This document shows, piece after piece, positions 1 to 12,269 of a stretch of 64,000 nucleotides of DNA. Position 1 is the stretch's first letter; each line of letters opens with the position of its first letter. The DNA is from Lama glama. Lineage: Eukaryota. The notes under the pieces are model-generated. The model worked only from the letters and a program-made list of their open reading frames with translations. It ran no database searches and was not told the origin of the DNA. A program made the translations under genes and the position numbers. Where the stretch lies: the NCBI GenBank assembly GCA_028534125.1, contig CM052824.1, forward strand, positions 60,202,001 through 60,266,000. The letters are read 5' to 3'.

Positions 1-1698
1 GCTGCCCAGGCGGGCGCTGCCCCAAGTCCAGTGTCTTTGCGATGAAACCTCAGGGAGCTCCCAGGTGCAGCCAGCGGCCACCCCCACAGGCGTCCAGCAG
101 TACACACCCCCAGCCCCCGCGCCGGCAGCTATCAGCAGCCTCCGTGTGATTTCCAGTTGTCCCCCGCACTTCTGCCTCCTGGGCGTTGTCGAAGTGCCCA
201 AAGCACGTTCTGGCGCTCAGACGCTTCTGTGTTGGGAACACACGTCCAACCCTCACAGCTCATCAGGCAGGCGAGAATCCCACTGCCCTTCCCGGGCCCA
301 GCTCTGCTTCCAGGGGCGGATCAGCTCCCTGCTCCCCACCCCGCCCCGCCCCCCCCCCGGAGGGATCTGTGTGGGAGCCGGTCTGTGCCCGGAGATGGGA
401 CCCTCAACCAGAGACCAGCCCTGGAAGGGACCCCTCAGCTCTGTCCCGTGAAAAGGCCTCTGTCCTCCAGCCAAAGGCTTGCAGCGGGAGGTTTCCTCAT
501 GCCCAGGACAGAGAGAAGCAGCTGAAGTAGAAGTGATTGTGCAATCCTCGCGGAAAGAGTGATTTTGGTTCCATGTAATCCCCAGCAGAAATGCTGGAGT
601 CATTTCAGACCCTGTCCGTACACGAGTTTCAGTTGGTGACGGGCAGCTGGACGGGGTCAGGAGCATGAGGGTCCACGCGACGGCAGAGCAAATGAAGTCC
701 CGGGGTCCTTCCACCGAGTCGGGCTGAGGGAATTTCCCACAGACATATGTGGCTTCTGGAAAGGAGGCCCTCGATTCCTCCTGGGCAGTCCAAGCCAAGA
801 TGCAAAGTCCAGCTCCATGGCAGCGGCTCACCACACCCTCCCCCACCCTCCCCCCACCCCACCCCGCTAGTCACCGCAGGCAGGCCCTGCTGGAGAGGAT
901 GCCCTGTGAAGAGACAAAGGGGGCGGGGCTGGGGACACTGCTCTTCCAGACTTTTGGGGTCAGGGGCAACATTTACCCTCAGGCTCAGTCCCAACACCCA
1001 GGATGAGCAGAGACCTCTTTCTCCAAGCACCTCTCTCCTGGAAACTTCAGATTTAAGGAAAACCAAGCAGGGGCCATGCTTACGGTTCCCAACGTATCCT
1101 CCCGGCTGGGACCGCGGGGGCTGCTTCCCCGGGGGCGAGCCCGAGCTCCTGAGTGGAGAAGCCCCCCCAGGCGCCCCTGCAGCCCCATGGCCCCCTGCCC
1201 TCAAAGCGGGCCATTGCCTGCGGAACGAGCACCTGGTCCTCCTTTCCGAGCATCTCGTGCCCCGGCCTGAGTCGGCGCCCCCTTCCCACACCCTCTGCTC
1301 CCAGAGCCACCAGACCTGGCGGAGAATCTGGGTGGGAACCATGCACGGTCGGGCCTGGAGGCTACTTCCTGTTACTCTTCCATGACAGCCCACTCTGGGG
1401 GCTCCTGCCGCCCTGGGCACCCGAGACCTGCTGGAGGACCCACGTGGCACCCTCGGGGCCAGACAGGGGCAGGCGTGTGTGCACGTGCTCGGAGGGCCCC
1501 ACCTGCCACCAGCCATCTCTGGGCTTGTCCAGGAAACCAGCCTCTGCAGGATGGTTCAGGCCGCGGAGCCCATGTTTTCACTGTCTCTGGCTGGTCACGT
1601 GCATCCTCTCTGCAAACCTCTGGCACTTCATTTGCTCAGCGAGGAACAGCCGTCACGGGGCCGGGTGGAGGCTGATTGTTACTATGGGGCCTCACTCA

Positions 1699-1960
1699 GT
1701 GTGTGTGCACCTGTGTGTGTGCATACATGTGTGAGTGTGTGTGTCTGCGTGTTTGCAGGGGCACATGTGTGCACGTGTACACATATAGGTGTTTCTGCAT
1801 GTGGGAAGCACACTGCTTGCACGTGTGTCTGTGCTTCTGTGTGCATGCACACACGTGTCTCTGCATGTGTGCACAAGCATGTGCACGTGTGTCCACACGC
1901 ATGTACATGTGTGGGTATATGTGTGTGTGTACCCCAGCCTGCACCGCACGTCTGCACACA
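1699..1960. repeat. Degenerate (TG/CA)n alternating purine-pyrimidine low-complexity tract
   Basis: About 260 bp of gtgtgtgcac/acatgtgt/gcatgcac units; it translates as C/V/H/T-rich junk ORFs. Confidence 0.9.
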
Positions 1961-4900
1961 CCCAGAGGACCCCCAAGATGCAGGAGGCTGACCGGGGAGA
2001 GGACCAGGAGCCGCCGGGTCCTTGCGGCCACTGAGGACAGAGTCACAGCCCAGCGACGGGTCACCGAAGGCCCATCAGCCAAAGGGGTCTTGTGGCTCCT
2101 CTGCTGACTGCCCTCCGGGGCCGCAGCACTCCCCTCTGTGGGCCGGCTTCGACAACACAAGGGGGCTACGTCCCCTAAACCTGGGCTTTGCTGCGGTTCT
2201 GCTGCAGGAGCTTGCAGTTTCTGTCTGTGCTCCAAAAGCCTGACTCCTACCTCCTCTTTGTCAGTTTTCAGAAAAGTGAGTTGGTTCCTGCAGGAGGGGC
2301 TGAGCCACGTGTCGTGAGGTCTGAGCCCGTGCCATCGGGAACGCGGGGCACGGAGGGCTTGGAGGCCCCAGACATGCGTCCCTGGATCCGGGCTGAGGTC
2401 CAGCCTCTCACTGGGCTCCCCCATGGCCAACGTCACTTCCTTGTGTGTCGCCCTCGGGCCCAGGTGCCTCTGGAGACCCTGAGATCTGTGTGAACCCGGG
2501 AGGAATCTGGCCCCTGCAGGCTCACGGGCATGTGTCCACCAAGCCCCCAGCAAACACGCTCCCCCTAAGTGCCGAGTGAGGCAGGCTCAGTGGCGGGCAG
2601 CGAGCTGGATTTCAGCAAAGGGACCCCAGCTGATGGGCGTGAGTGCCCACCTCCCGCCCCGGGTGTGGCTGCCCGGCCCGGCTCTGCCCGGCTCAGGCCC
2701 CAGAGCTCTCCTGGGGGCCACCCCGGGCACCCTTGCACCACGGGACACACTCAATAGCACGGGTATTTTGAGCGGAATGCTCGTTGCCCTAAATGCCATA
2801 AACATTTCCCATTGCGATCGGTGTTAGTCTGGGTCCTCTGGGGAAACAGAAGCCATTGAGGGGGGTGTTGGGTGGGGTGGGGGAACCAGGGAGCTGGTGC
2901 AGCTCAGGCCCGAAGGCCGTCTGCTGCAGAACGCCTTGCTCCCGGGGATGGTCTGTCTTGGTTCTGGCTCAGGCCTTCGACTGCTCAGATGTGACCCAGC
3001 ACAGTCCACAGAGCCGCCTGCTTCACTCAGTGTCCACTGACTTAAATGCTAAGCTCATTACCAAACATCCTCAAAGGAACTTTCAGACCAGTGTGGGACC
3101 CGATGTCTGGCTCTGTGGACGTCTTGCCGAGTAGACGCAGGAGATCAGCCGTCACGACCCCGTGCAGATACACCAACACAGGAGAAGCAGAAACCCAGGC
3201 AGCACTGAGTTTTCCAAGAAAACAAAGGCAGGAGTGGATGAGCGTATGGACCAGGCCGGGGAGGCCCGATCACCCGGCCTCCTGGCCGGGGCCCTGGGCT
3301 GTCGGGGTGCGAAGAGCCCTCTGGGCTGGATGCGAGGACATTAGGGCGTCCCCAGACGGGACACGACAGGAGGACCTGGTGTCTGTCCTGGAAAAGTACT
3401 GCATGGCTTGCCGAGCCGTGGGCTTCCAGCGCCCCCTTCTCTCCAGACCACCAGCCCAGGAAAGACCAGCTGAAGAGCTTGAGCGCGGGGAGCGTGGGCC
3501 CCGGCACAGGCCTGGGACGGCTCGCAGTCCAGCGCAGGAACGGCTCACACAGGCAGAGATGCTGGGTAAAGCCATCACTATGCGGCTTTCTGTCGAGGCA
3601 AAAGTCTTTGTTTTCGGTGACCAGCGCCTTACCTGTGACCCTGAAGCCTCCGCAGCACATACCCCTGTCTGTGGGCACGTCTGCAAAGGAAAAGCGGAGA
3701 GCTCCTGGCTGGATGGACAGGGAAGGAGGGGCTGGGGAGCCAGGCCTGGAGCCGGGCAGCCCCCTGCTCCAGGCCCATGAGCCCCCTCCAGGAGGGCCGA
3801 AGGGGCCCACGGAGCCTGCTGGCATCGCTGCAGCTCCTGGGATGCCCACGCTGCCGACAGGAGTGCCGTGAGGGGGGCGGGCATGCCTGGACTGGGAGCC
3901 TGTGGGCAGCCACCTCCGTGATGGCGGCTAGAACTGGGGCCAGGGCTCTCAAGCAAGGGACCTGCCCGGGACCCAGAGAGGACCACTGGCCCCCCAGTGT
4001 CTTGCCCCTGGGTTCCCCAGGCCCACCCGCCCCTCCCAGCCCAGGAGCCGAATCTCTTGCTGCAGGAAGCTTCCGGGCAGCACAGCCCAGGGCTGTGTGG
4101 CGGCTTCCGCCTTTTGCAGACAGCTGCTGGTCCGGAGGGGCAGGTGGGCCACTTGCCCCCACTCTGCTCACCCGAAGAGAAAGCCTCGCAGGGCTCTGAG
4201 CGCCGAGGCCCTGGAGGCTTTGTGGGGAAGTCACTGGCTGCGGTCCTTCCACTCCCTGGTGGCCGCACATGGAGCTGAGGCTCCGGGGCCTCCACTGGGA
4301 CAGCGGCGTGGGGCTGCGGTGCTGTCCCCTGCTGCGGGGTCTCCGGCGGGGAGTTGGTGCTGCTCTGGGGGCTCCCTGCTGGGCTTCAGGCGAGAAGAAG
4401 ATGGCAGGAGCCTCGCTGGGCCAGGGTCTCACCGCCCCGGCGGGGCCACGCGGCAGGGTCTGCGGGCCTGCCGGCCGCTCCCTGCTTCCCGGGGCCGTAG
4501 GAACCAGGCCTCATGGGCTCACAGTTTTTCTGGTTAAGCTGCTTACCTCCCACGTGCTGGGGCCACAGCCAATATTTTCAGGTCTTACAGAGTCTTCCTT
4601 CCACTTTCTGATTGATGCTCCTGCGGATGGGTTTTATGTGAAACATTCTCCAAGCTCCCTGCGAGATAAAAGGCCTGCCCCGGCCCCCGCCCCGCCCCGC
4701 AGCGGGGTGCAGTGCCTCCCTCCCCCTCATAGATCTTCATAAAGCTCCACTTCCACTTCCTGGCCGGCTGGCCGCCTGCACAGGCGCAGGGTGGTGGCTG
4801 CACTCTGCCGGGGCCACCTCGCCCTCCTCTGCCAGGACCCCAGCCTGGAAGGAGGGGGCACACGGGGTGCCCCCAGTTCCTCCTCCGCCTGCAGACCGTG

Positions 4901-7900
4901 CAGGGCGCTGCTGTCCCCGCGGGTGGGCGACGCCTCCACCTGGTCCTGCGGCAACTACCGCACATTGTTGGCTCGGAGATGCACTGGCCAGAACAGGGGC
5001 CGCTTCCGCTGCACAAAGAGGGCCCTGAACAAGGGTGTGTGCTCCCTCCCATTTGCCCCCTTCCCGGGCCCTCCCCATCATCCTCTCACTCAGAGCCAGG
5101 GCCAGAGCCAGCCTGCGGCAGCTGGGCATCCCTCCTGCTTAGCGCCCCCGTCCGGCCCACGTGGGTCTGTCCTCTGTGCTCCAGGCCCCTAGCAGGCTCA
5201 GACGCCCTGCTGAAGAGGGGGCAGGGTCCGGTCCTCCCTGAGTCGCTGGTGGCCCCTGACACTCTGGTGTGAATTTCCAGCGACAGCCAGGCTGTGAGCC
5301 TGGAGTCTGGGCCGCCCCGGCTCCTGTCGGAACCTCCAGGGCCCGCTTGGCCCAGAGGAGAGCTGCTGCTTGGTGAGCAAGTGTTAAGTAAGCAGACTGG
5401 ACTGTAAGGTCCCTTTGGGCAGAGCAAGGGAGGTAAACATCTCTCCATCCGTGTCCCCACCCCTGGCACGCAGGGTTTGTGTGGGAAATGTCCAGTCTAA
5501 TCAGTGGGGAGGGGAGAAGGCTCTGGAAGCCCCCACCCCACCAGTCCCCCCCAGGGTGTAGGGCGGCCTTGGGCCCAGGCTGGCCTGGGTGGCCTGCAGA
5601 ACGGACCTCACTGTGCAGGCCTGTCCCGGGGAGGCTGCAACCCGTGTGCAGCCCCTGCCCCGCCTCCCCACGCCTCCCTTTAACTGGGCCCAACAGTTCC
5701 ACACTCGAGCCGGGTCGGTGCTTGTTTGGGCTGGCGGAGCCCGCCCCATCCCCGCGACCCTGGCTTGCATAACTGTGAGGGATCCACTTACTTGGGCTGA
5801 CGCCTCTCAGCAAAGGCCTGACCCGGGCGGCCGCGGTGGGCAGACCAGCTTCTAGCGCTCCCTCCTTCCCAGGCGTGGGGTGGGGTCTCCCTAAGTGGCC
5901 CCTGACCCCGTGGGCAGGCTGGTAGCCACGGACAGAGCTCCCAGCTCTGGGGACCAGGAGCGGTCACCTCTGACCAGAGTTGGCCAGCTCAGGGGGCGGC
6001 AGGCCGCAGGGCTGCCTCCACCCTCTGACCGCATCTCGGTCCAGCGTCATCCCTGGCCCTGCCAGCACCGCGGGCCTCTGATCAGGAGACTGCAGTGGGG
6101 GAGGGAGCAGGGCCCAGAAGTGCTCTGCCCGTTGTCCCTGTCGCAGGCCAGTGCCCTCCCCAGCTGCTCCCTGTGCACCCACCGAAGGCCCCCAGGGGCC
6201 CTGGATGAGGCCCAGCTGCCCATGGGGGATGTCCCAGGGTCCCCGGCCCTTACAGTCCCACCACCCTCTCCCTTCAGCTGCTGCCGCCAAAAGGTGGGGC
6301 GAGGGAAACAGGAGATCTGAATAATGGGAGAAAATTATTATGTCTTCGTGCGAGCTGGAGCCAAGCCCTGTTCCCGGCGAGGGTGATAACTGGGGACGCA
6401 GTGTCTAGCGTTTCTGAGCCCCGAGCCAGGGCCGGCCGTGACAACAAGTGCATTGTTCCCTGTGTCGGGCATTGCTACCGGGTGGCAGGGCCCCAGACAC
6501 CCAGCACCCATACACACGGGAAACCGGGCCGATGAGGAGCTGGGCGTCACCAGACACGAGCCGCAGTGGGGCCGAAAGCAGCAGAGGCGGGAACCGTGCC
6601 TGCTGCCGACAGTGCTGCGGGGTGGCCTGGGGACAGCGCTGCCCGGGGCTGCGATAGAGGCTGTGACAGGTGGGAGGCTCAGGGGCGCCCTTGGAGTGGG
6701 GAAGAGGTTTGCATTTTTAGCAAACCTGTGAGGCTGGCACTGGCTCTGGCCCCCCTGCCTGAGAGCAGGTGAGGGGCCCAGGAGCCTGGGGCCTGTCCTA
6801 GGAGGTCGCCTCTTGGGACAAGAGCTGGCGTCATGCCAGGCCCCACACCCAGTCTTCCAGGGAGCCGATTCCCTGCAGCAGGGTCTCCAGCACCTCCACC
6901 AGCACCCCCGCTGCCAGAGCCCCCGGGACCTGGCGGGGCTGGGGGCACCGCCCCTCAGGGCCCACCAGCCAGCCAAGCACCACTGAACCCCAGCCCGCCG
7001 AAGCACCTGCCTGTGGTTCCCACTCAGACCGCCCCCCCTCCCCACCACCGAATGTTCTAGGAGCAGTGGGAAGAGCAGAGCCTCGCACCCTCAGCCCGCC
7101 CCGCCCTCCCTCCTGCACGCCCTGGGGTCGGTCAGGGGAGCCTGGCTCTCAGTCCCTGCTGGGCCCGCCCTGAGCCCCGGACTCTGTGCCCACCTCCTCC
7201 TCTTGTGGCTTCAAACACACTTGTTCCTTCGAGGACAGGCGCCCGCTCTGCCCGGTGCCCAGGACAAGACAGCCACCTGCAGCAGACGCACTCCTGGGAG
7301 CACGGCCTCTCTGTGCCGGCACCGGGCAGGCAGGGGAGGAAACTGAGGCCTCACCCAGGCCTCGGCAGGACGGTCCGGCTCCTGCCTGAGGCCCTGGGCT
7401 CTCCTGCCCCCAGGACCTCGGGCTCTGATGTCATCTCCCAGAAGCACCAGTTTTGTGCAGTCCCCACAGGCCCCCCACAGCCTCGGCCCCCAGGAGGCGA
7501 GTGGACTCCCGGCTCGGCCCCTCTGCGGCACCCCTCCACGTGCCATCCCGCGGAGCCAGGGTGCTGGGCCGCACGCACGCGCCTGCACTGCCAGGGGGGC
7601 CGCCGCCCAGCCACGCACACGAGTCCAGAAGCCGGGGCTCCAGGGCACCACACCGACCCTTCTCCTTTGGGCCTCGGGCAGCCTGAGAGTCCAACACGTG
7701 TCTTTTGAGCGTCGAGGCCATCAGCCACCTCTGCCCACAGGTACCTGGCTGGGGCCCCGGTGCTCCCCTCAGAGAACCGCCCGGCTCCTGTGCCTTCAGA
7801 GAGGTCAGACAGGGCGGGGGTGTCGGGGGTGTCCTGTGTCCTAGGGGAGGGTCCTGGCTTTGTGCGTTGGCCTCCAGCCCCCTCCCCGTGGCTTGGGCTC

Positions 7901-10900
7901 CACCAGCAGCCCCCATTCTCTCCTTATCTGTGTTGGATTCCTGGAGGGCGAGTCTAAACTCTTAAGCGCCCGTAAATCCCCTCTCGTGTGGAAGTCAGCA
8001 AGCTGGATAATATTTGAACTGTCAACACTTACACCTCATTTGTTTACCAGTTTCCCGTGCCGGCAGGGGGCCTGGGACCCCGCCACCCTGTGGCCAGAGG
8101 AGCCCGTTCCTGCGGTCCTCGGGGAAGGGCAGGGGTGGGGGAACACGGCAGGGTGCAGGTGCGGATTCAGGGCCCGAAGGCATCCCCTTGCCCCAACTCA
8201 GCTGCTGGCTGTCCGGCCTCAGGCCCTGGCTCCGCCCAGGCAAAGGACGGCGCGGAGGCTCAGCCTGTCCAGCCCTGCTCGCCTCCTCCAGGCAGAAAGC
8301 TGGCGCCCCTTCCAGTGGCCGCTCTGCCAGAAGGCCCTGGAGAGAGTGTCCCGGCAGGCCTTCAAACCTCAGGGCAGAGTCTAGGGGCACAGCTGAGGGC
8401 AGGAGGGGTGCCGAGCCAGGGGCGGCTGGACCCCAGCAGTTCCGTGCTTCTCAGGCTGGATGCCCCGGTCCACGCAGGTGTGCGGACACTGCACATGGAG
8501 GGAATCGCTCACGGTTCTGGTGCCGCCCCGACTTCGGGGGCTGGGAGGCATGTGTGGAGCCTGCTGGCTGCAGGACTTGGACACCCCCACCCTGCCCCTC
8601 CCGGGCTCCGGTGGCTGTAGAGCGAGTGAGCCTTTCACGGCACGTGGTAGGGTGGTCCAGGTACCCGCCTCTGCTCACTGCCTGCCCCCACAGCCCCAGC
8701 AGCCGTGTCTGCTAGAACAGCATGTCTGCTCCCCGCAGAGCCCACGGCACATGGATCGCTGCCTAGAACTTGGGGGCCTCTCCCCCTGCCTCTGTGGGAT
8801 GAGTGAGTGATGAGTGATGAGCTGTGGTCCCAGCTGTGGGGACCAGCCTTCCCACATCTAGGAAGCACTTTGAGGATGAAGCTCCCTGGGGCTGGGGGCA
8901 CGTCCTGGGGGGAAGGGGAGGGAGGCCAGGCTCCCCCGGCCCCATGTGTCTGCGTGTGGGCTGCCTCCCCTCCGTCTCCCTGAGCAGGAGCCTGCAGCCC
9001 CGTGCCCCAGGCCTGCCCTGATGGAGGGGAGGTCTCCTGCTCTCCTGAATTCGGGCTTGGTCACAGGGGTCTGGGGGCCCGTGGGGGGCTGAGCCCCGGG
9101 CTCTCCTGGGCTCCCCCCTCCCAGCAGCCAGGAGGGAGACATGAGACAGCTGTGAGTCTGGGGCTGAATTCTGTCCTCCCAGGCGAGCGGAGCTGGGCCC
9201 GGGTGAGGGGATGGGGTGGCAGTCCCACTCATTGGTTGATAGCCACTTTGTGCCTGGACACTGGCTGTCCAGGGGAGGGCCCGCACCTGGCACACCTCTG
9301 GGGACCGTAGGGCCCCTGTCAGTGAGGCCGCGGTCGCTGGCGCTCACCCTTACAGGCGGCTGGGCTGTGTCCAGGGCTGGCCCTGGAGACCCTCACTGCG
9401 GAAACCGTGGACTCTGGGGCAGGCAGTGTGGCACAGAGCTCAGGGGGTACTCCTGGTGGAGGCTCTGTCACCCGACCTGGTCCAAGGCCAGGACCCCCTG
9501 TGCCAACGTGTAGCCATTGTGGCTTTGGGCAGAAGCCTGAATTAGATCGCAGGGAGCCTGCTGGTGACCAGTCCAGTGTGGGAGAAGCATTGTCAGGGTG
9601 CAGGGCTGCACCGGCCTCTCAAAGGTGGGACAGGTGACCCGCCACCTGGAAGGTAGGGAGCCTGGGGTACTCTGGGCACTTCCAGGCGTGTCTGCAGACG
9701 TAGCCACGTGCCTCGGCGGGCCCAGTGGATGTCTTGTCTGCACTTGGCCCCACCGTTAGGACCGGCTGTGAATTCAGGGGCCTCTGCTCCGGGTGGTGTG
9801 GCCCTGGGAAGTCACACCTGTCAACCTCAGTCCTTTCTGCTTCCTCTGCGGGGGGCTGGTGGCCTCTCGTTCGTACTCTGCCCAATTGTACCCTCAGCCC
9901 GGCCCACAGAGAAGGGACCCTGCTCCTGCAGGACAGAGGCACAAGGGACGTCTCGCTCTCCAGCTCAGGCCACATTGTCCTCATGGACAGGCACAGTGGT
10001 CGTCACAGTTTCCACACTGTCCCCAATGAGGCCTGGGTTTTGGCCAGGGGGTGAAGGGTCCTTGAGCATCAGGTCCTCCAAAGCAACTCCTTCACAGTGG
10101 CCCTTCCTCCGCGAGGCTCGCAACGCCTCCGTCAGAGGCCGGGCTGCTGGAGACCCTGGCGGGAGACGTGCCCCCAGATCCCCACCAAGTCCCAGGAGCT
10201 GGCCACGCCATGGGCTGGCTGCCAGGGTGTCTAAGCAGGGACACCCCATGGGCCTGAGTCTCAGCAAGGCAGCCGTCCTTGGGTCTGGTTCCCGCAACAA
10301 CAAGGGTTTAAGGGTACCCCACAATCACGGCTGGGATCTTTCATGGACCCTGCTCCTGAGGCCCCGGCAGGAACCTGAGTTACTGTCCGGGATGGCAGCC
10401 AGGGTCTGGGGGCACCAGAGTTGAACATCATGGCAGCAGCCAGTGTAGAATGTGGGGCAGCCCAGAGCACTGTCCACCCTCAGAACACGGAAGGGCCTGG
10501 ACTTTAGAGTCACACCAGCTGGCCTTCTAGAGATGAATGGTCATCTCTATAGGGCCAGGAGAGAGCCCTCGGTGGGGAGATGGAGAGGCTGACAGCATCT
10601 GGGCTCTACCGGAGATGCTGGTGTGTCTCACTCAGAACCAGGGTTTCCAGCTCCACATCCTCGCCTGCCCATGAATTTTGAAACTTGAGTGGAGCTGGCC
10701 TGCCCGCGGCATCCTGCCACTTCTCACATCCAAGTGTCACTTCACAGGAAGACATTGTTCAGGACCACAGGGATGGGAAGGGCAGGAAGGGGTTTGAAGA
10801 GGCCTCTGTCAAGATGTGGGGAGTGGGAACTCAGATCTGATAAACAGGGAAAAGGACTCGGATTCACTCCTTGGCCTCCTGGAAGGCAGCGTCTGAGGAG

Positions 10901-11253
10901 CTCAGTGCCAGAGGAAGGCTTCTGGCCACTCCTCCAGGACTTAGCCTCCCCCATCTCCAAGCCCTGACCTTTAACATTCGACATCTTCAGGCCAAAGCAG
11001 GGCTCAAGCTATGGACAGGAAGGCTAAAGCCAGGGCTACTCTCCTCCTCCTCCATCGCTAGCCACTGTCTAGCCTGCCTGACACTCCCCTGGACCTCTCA
11101 TGTCCTCAGGGAAGCCAGAATTGGAAGCCAGATCAGTTTCAAAGCTTCTGCTATGGACTCTGTCAGGGACTTGAGAAGCTACTTTTCCTCTCCACACTGA
11201 AGCACCCCAAGGACCTAAGTGCTAAAGATGACCTAGAGGTCAGAAAACCACTG

Positions 11254-11368
11254 TCATCACCACCATACCTACCACCACCACCATCACCATCATTACCATC
11301 ACCATCACCATCATCAGCATCATCATCATTACCACCGTAGAAATAGCAGCAGTAGCAGTAGCCACCAC
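11254..11368. repeat. Imperfect trinucleotide repeat (CAT/CAC)n then (CAG/TAG)n
   Basis: catcaccaccatacctaccaccaccaccatcaccatcattaccatcaccatc... followed by agcagcagtagcagtag. Confidence 0.9.
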
Positions 11369-11444
11369 ATGAGAAGCAGAGCAGCTTGCATGGGTGGAGA
11401 AGAAGTGTGCAAAGGGGAGGGAGCCCTGGACTGGGAATCGGGAA

Positions 11445-11530
11445 TGCGCTCTGCTCACAGTCCCTGTGTGGCTCTGGAAAACCACAACTCCTGAGCCTCA
11501 ACATTCTCTCCTGTAAAACAGTGACCCTTA
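11445..11530 (+). mobile_element. MIR SINE core fragment
   Basis: ctctgctcacagtccctgtgtggctctggaaaaccacaactcctgagcctcaacattctctcctgtaaaac resembles the recalled MIR core (ctgtgtgaccttgggcaag...ctgagcctcagtttcctcatctgtaaaa). Confidence 0.5.
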
Positions 11531-12269
11531 AAGAGAGGGCATTGAAAGTGGGGCCGGCGTCCCTGCCTAAGTTCCCTTGTGACCCTCAGGCATGATGGAA
11601 AGAAACAGAAACATTACTCAGGAGCCCATCCCTCCAGGTCCTCCCTCTTACAACTAAAATCCCCGGCAGTAACACAGTAAGTAAACCTAAGATGTGTCTG
11701 GAAGGTGGGAAGGCGGCAGGCTGCTGGGGCCTGGGGCGTGGGCAGCTCCCTGGGCTTCCTTATTGTCTCCCATGGATCCCCAGCAGGGCTCCAGAGACGC
11801 CTCCAGCCCAAGATCTCCAGCAGGCGCAGACAGAGCACTCGCGATAAATCCTGGTCCTGCTGGGCAAAGTGTGGCCCAAGAACAGAATTCATTTTAGGGA
11901 GCATCTTCCCTCCTCCAGCCAAATGCCAGAAAACCACACCCAGCTGTGTGTTTCCAGTGGGCAGAGTGGGCAGGTCATCTAATCTACCACTCCACCCCAG
12001 TCCCACGGTCTCCCCGCTTCCAGGGGCTCCATTTCCCCTGCTGGGGTAGTGTTGGTGAGGTCCAGAGGTGAACTGAGCCCCAGTCCCTCCCAGCGGCAAG
12101 GAGACTGAATGAGCTGGTGTGAGCAGGGTCTTCGCATTGCTGCACCCCCACCCCTGGTGTCTGGGGTGCCCAGCAGGGATGGGCCCCGCAGCTCGGCCCA
12201 GCATAAATAAGACGGAAGGTGGCAGTGGGAGGGGGGCTAGCTGACACTCCGCCCCCCAGCAGTGTCTGC

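Noticed and set aside
330-870. C-rich G-quadruplex-capable runs (330-360, 835-866; also 19476-19510)
   Set aside because: Common in this compositional context and lacking any additional supporting structure.
3046-4537. Stack of 230-341-aa ORFs on both strands
   Set aside because: Overlapping in several frames with GARP-biased composition and no recognisable family.
11163-11504. ORFs with poly-Met/Val (TM-like) or poly-Asp/Gly runs
   Set aside because: Translations of the (CAT/CAC)n repeat.
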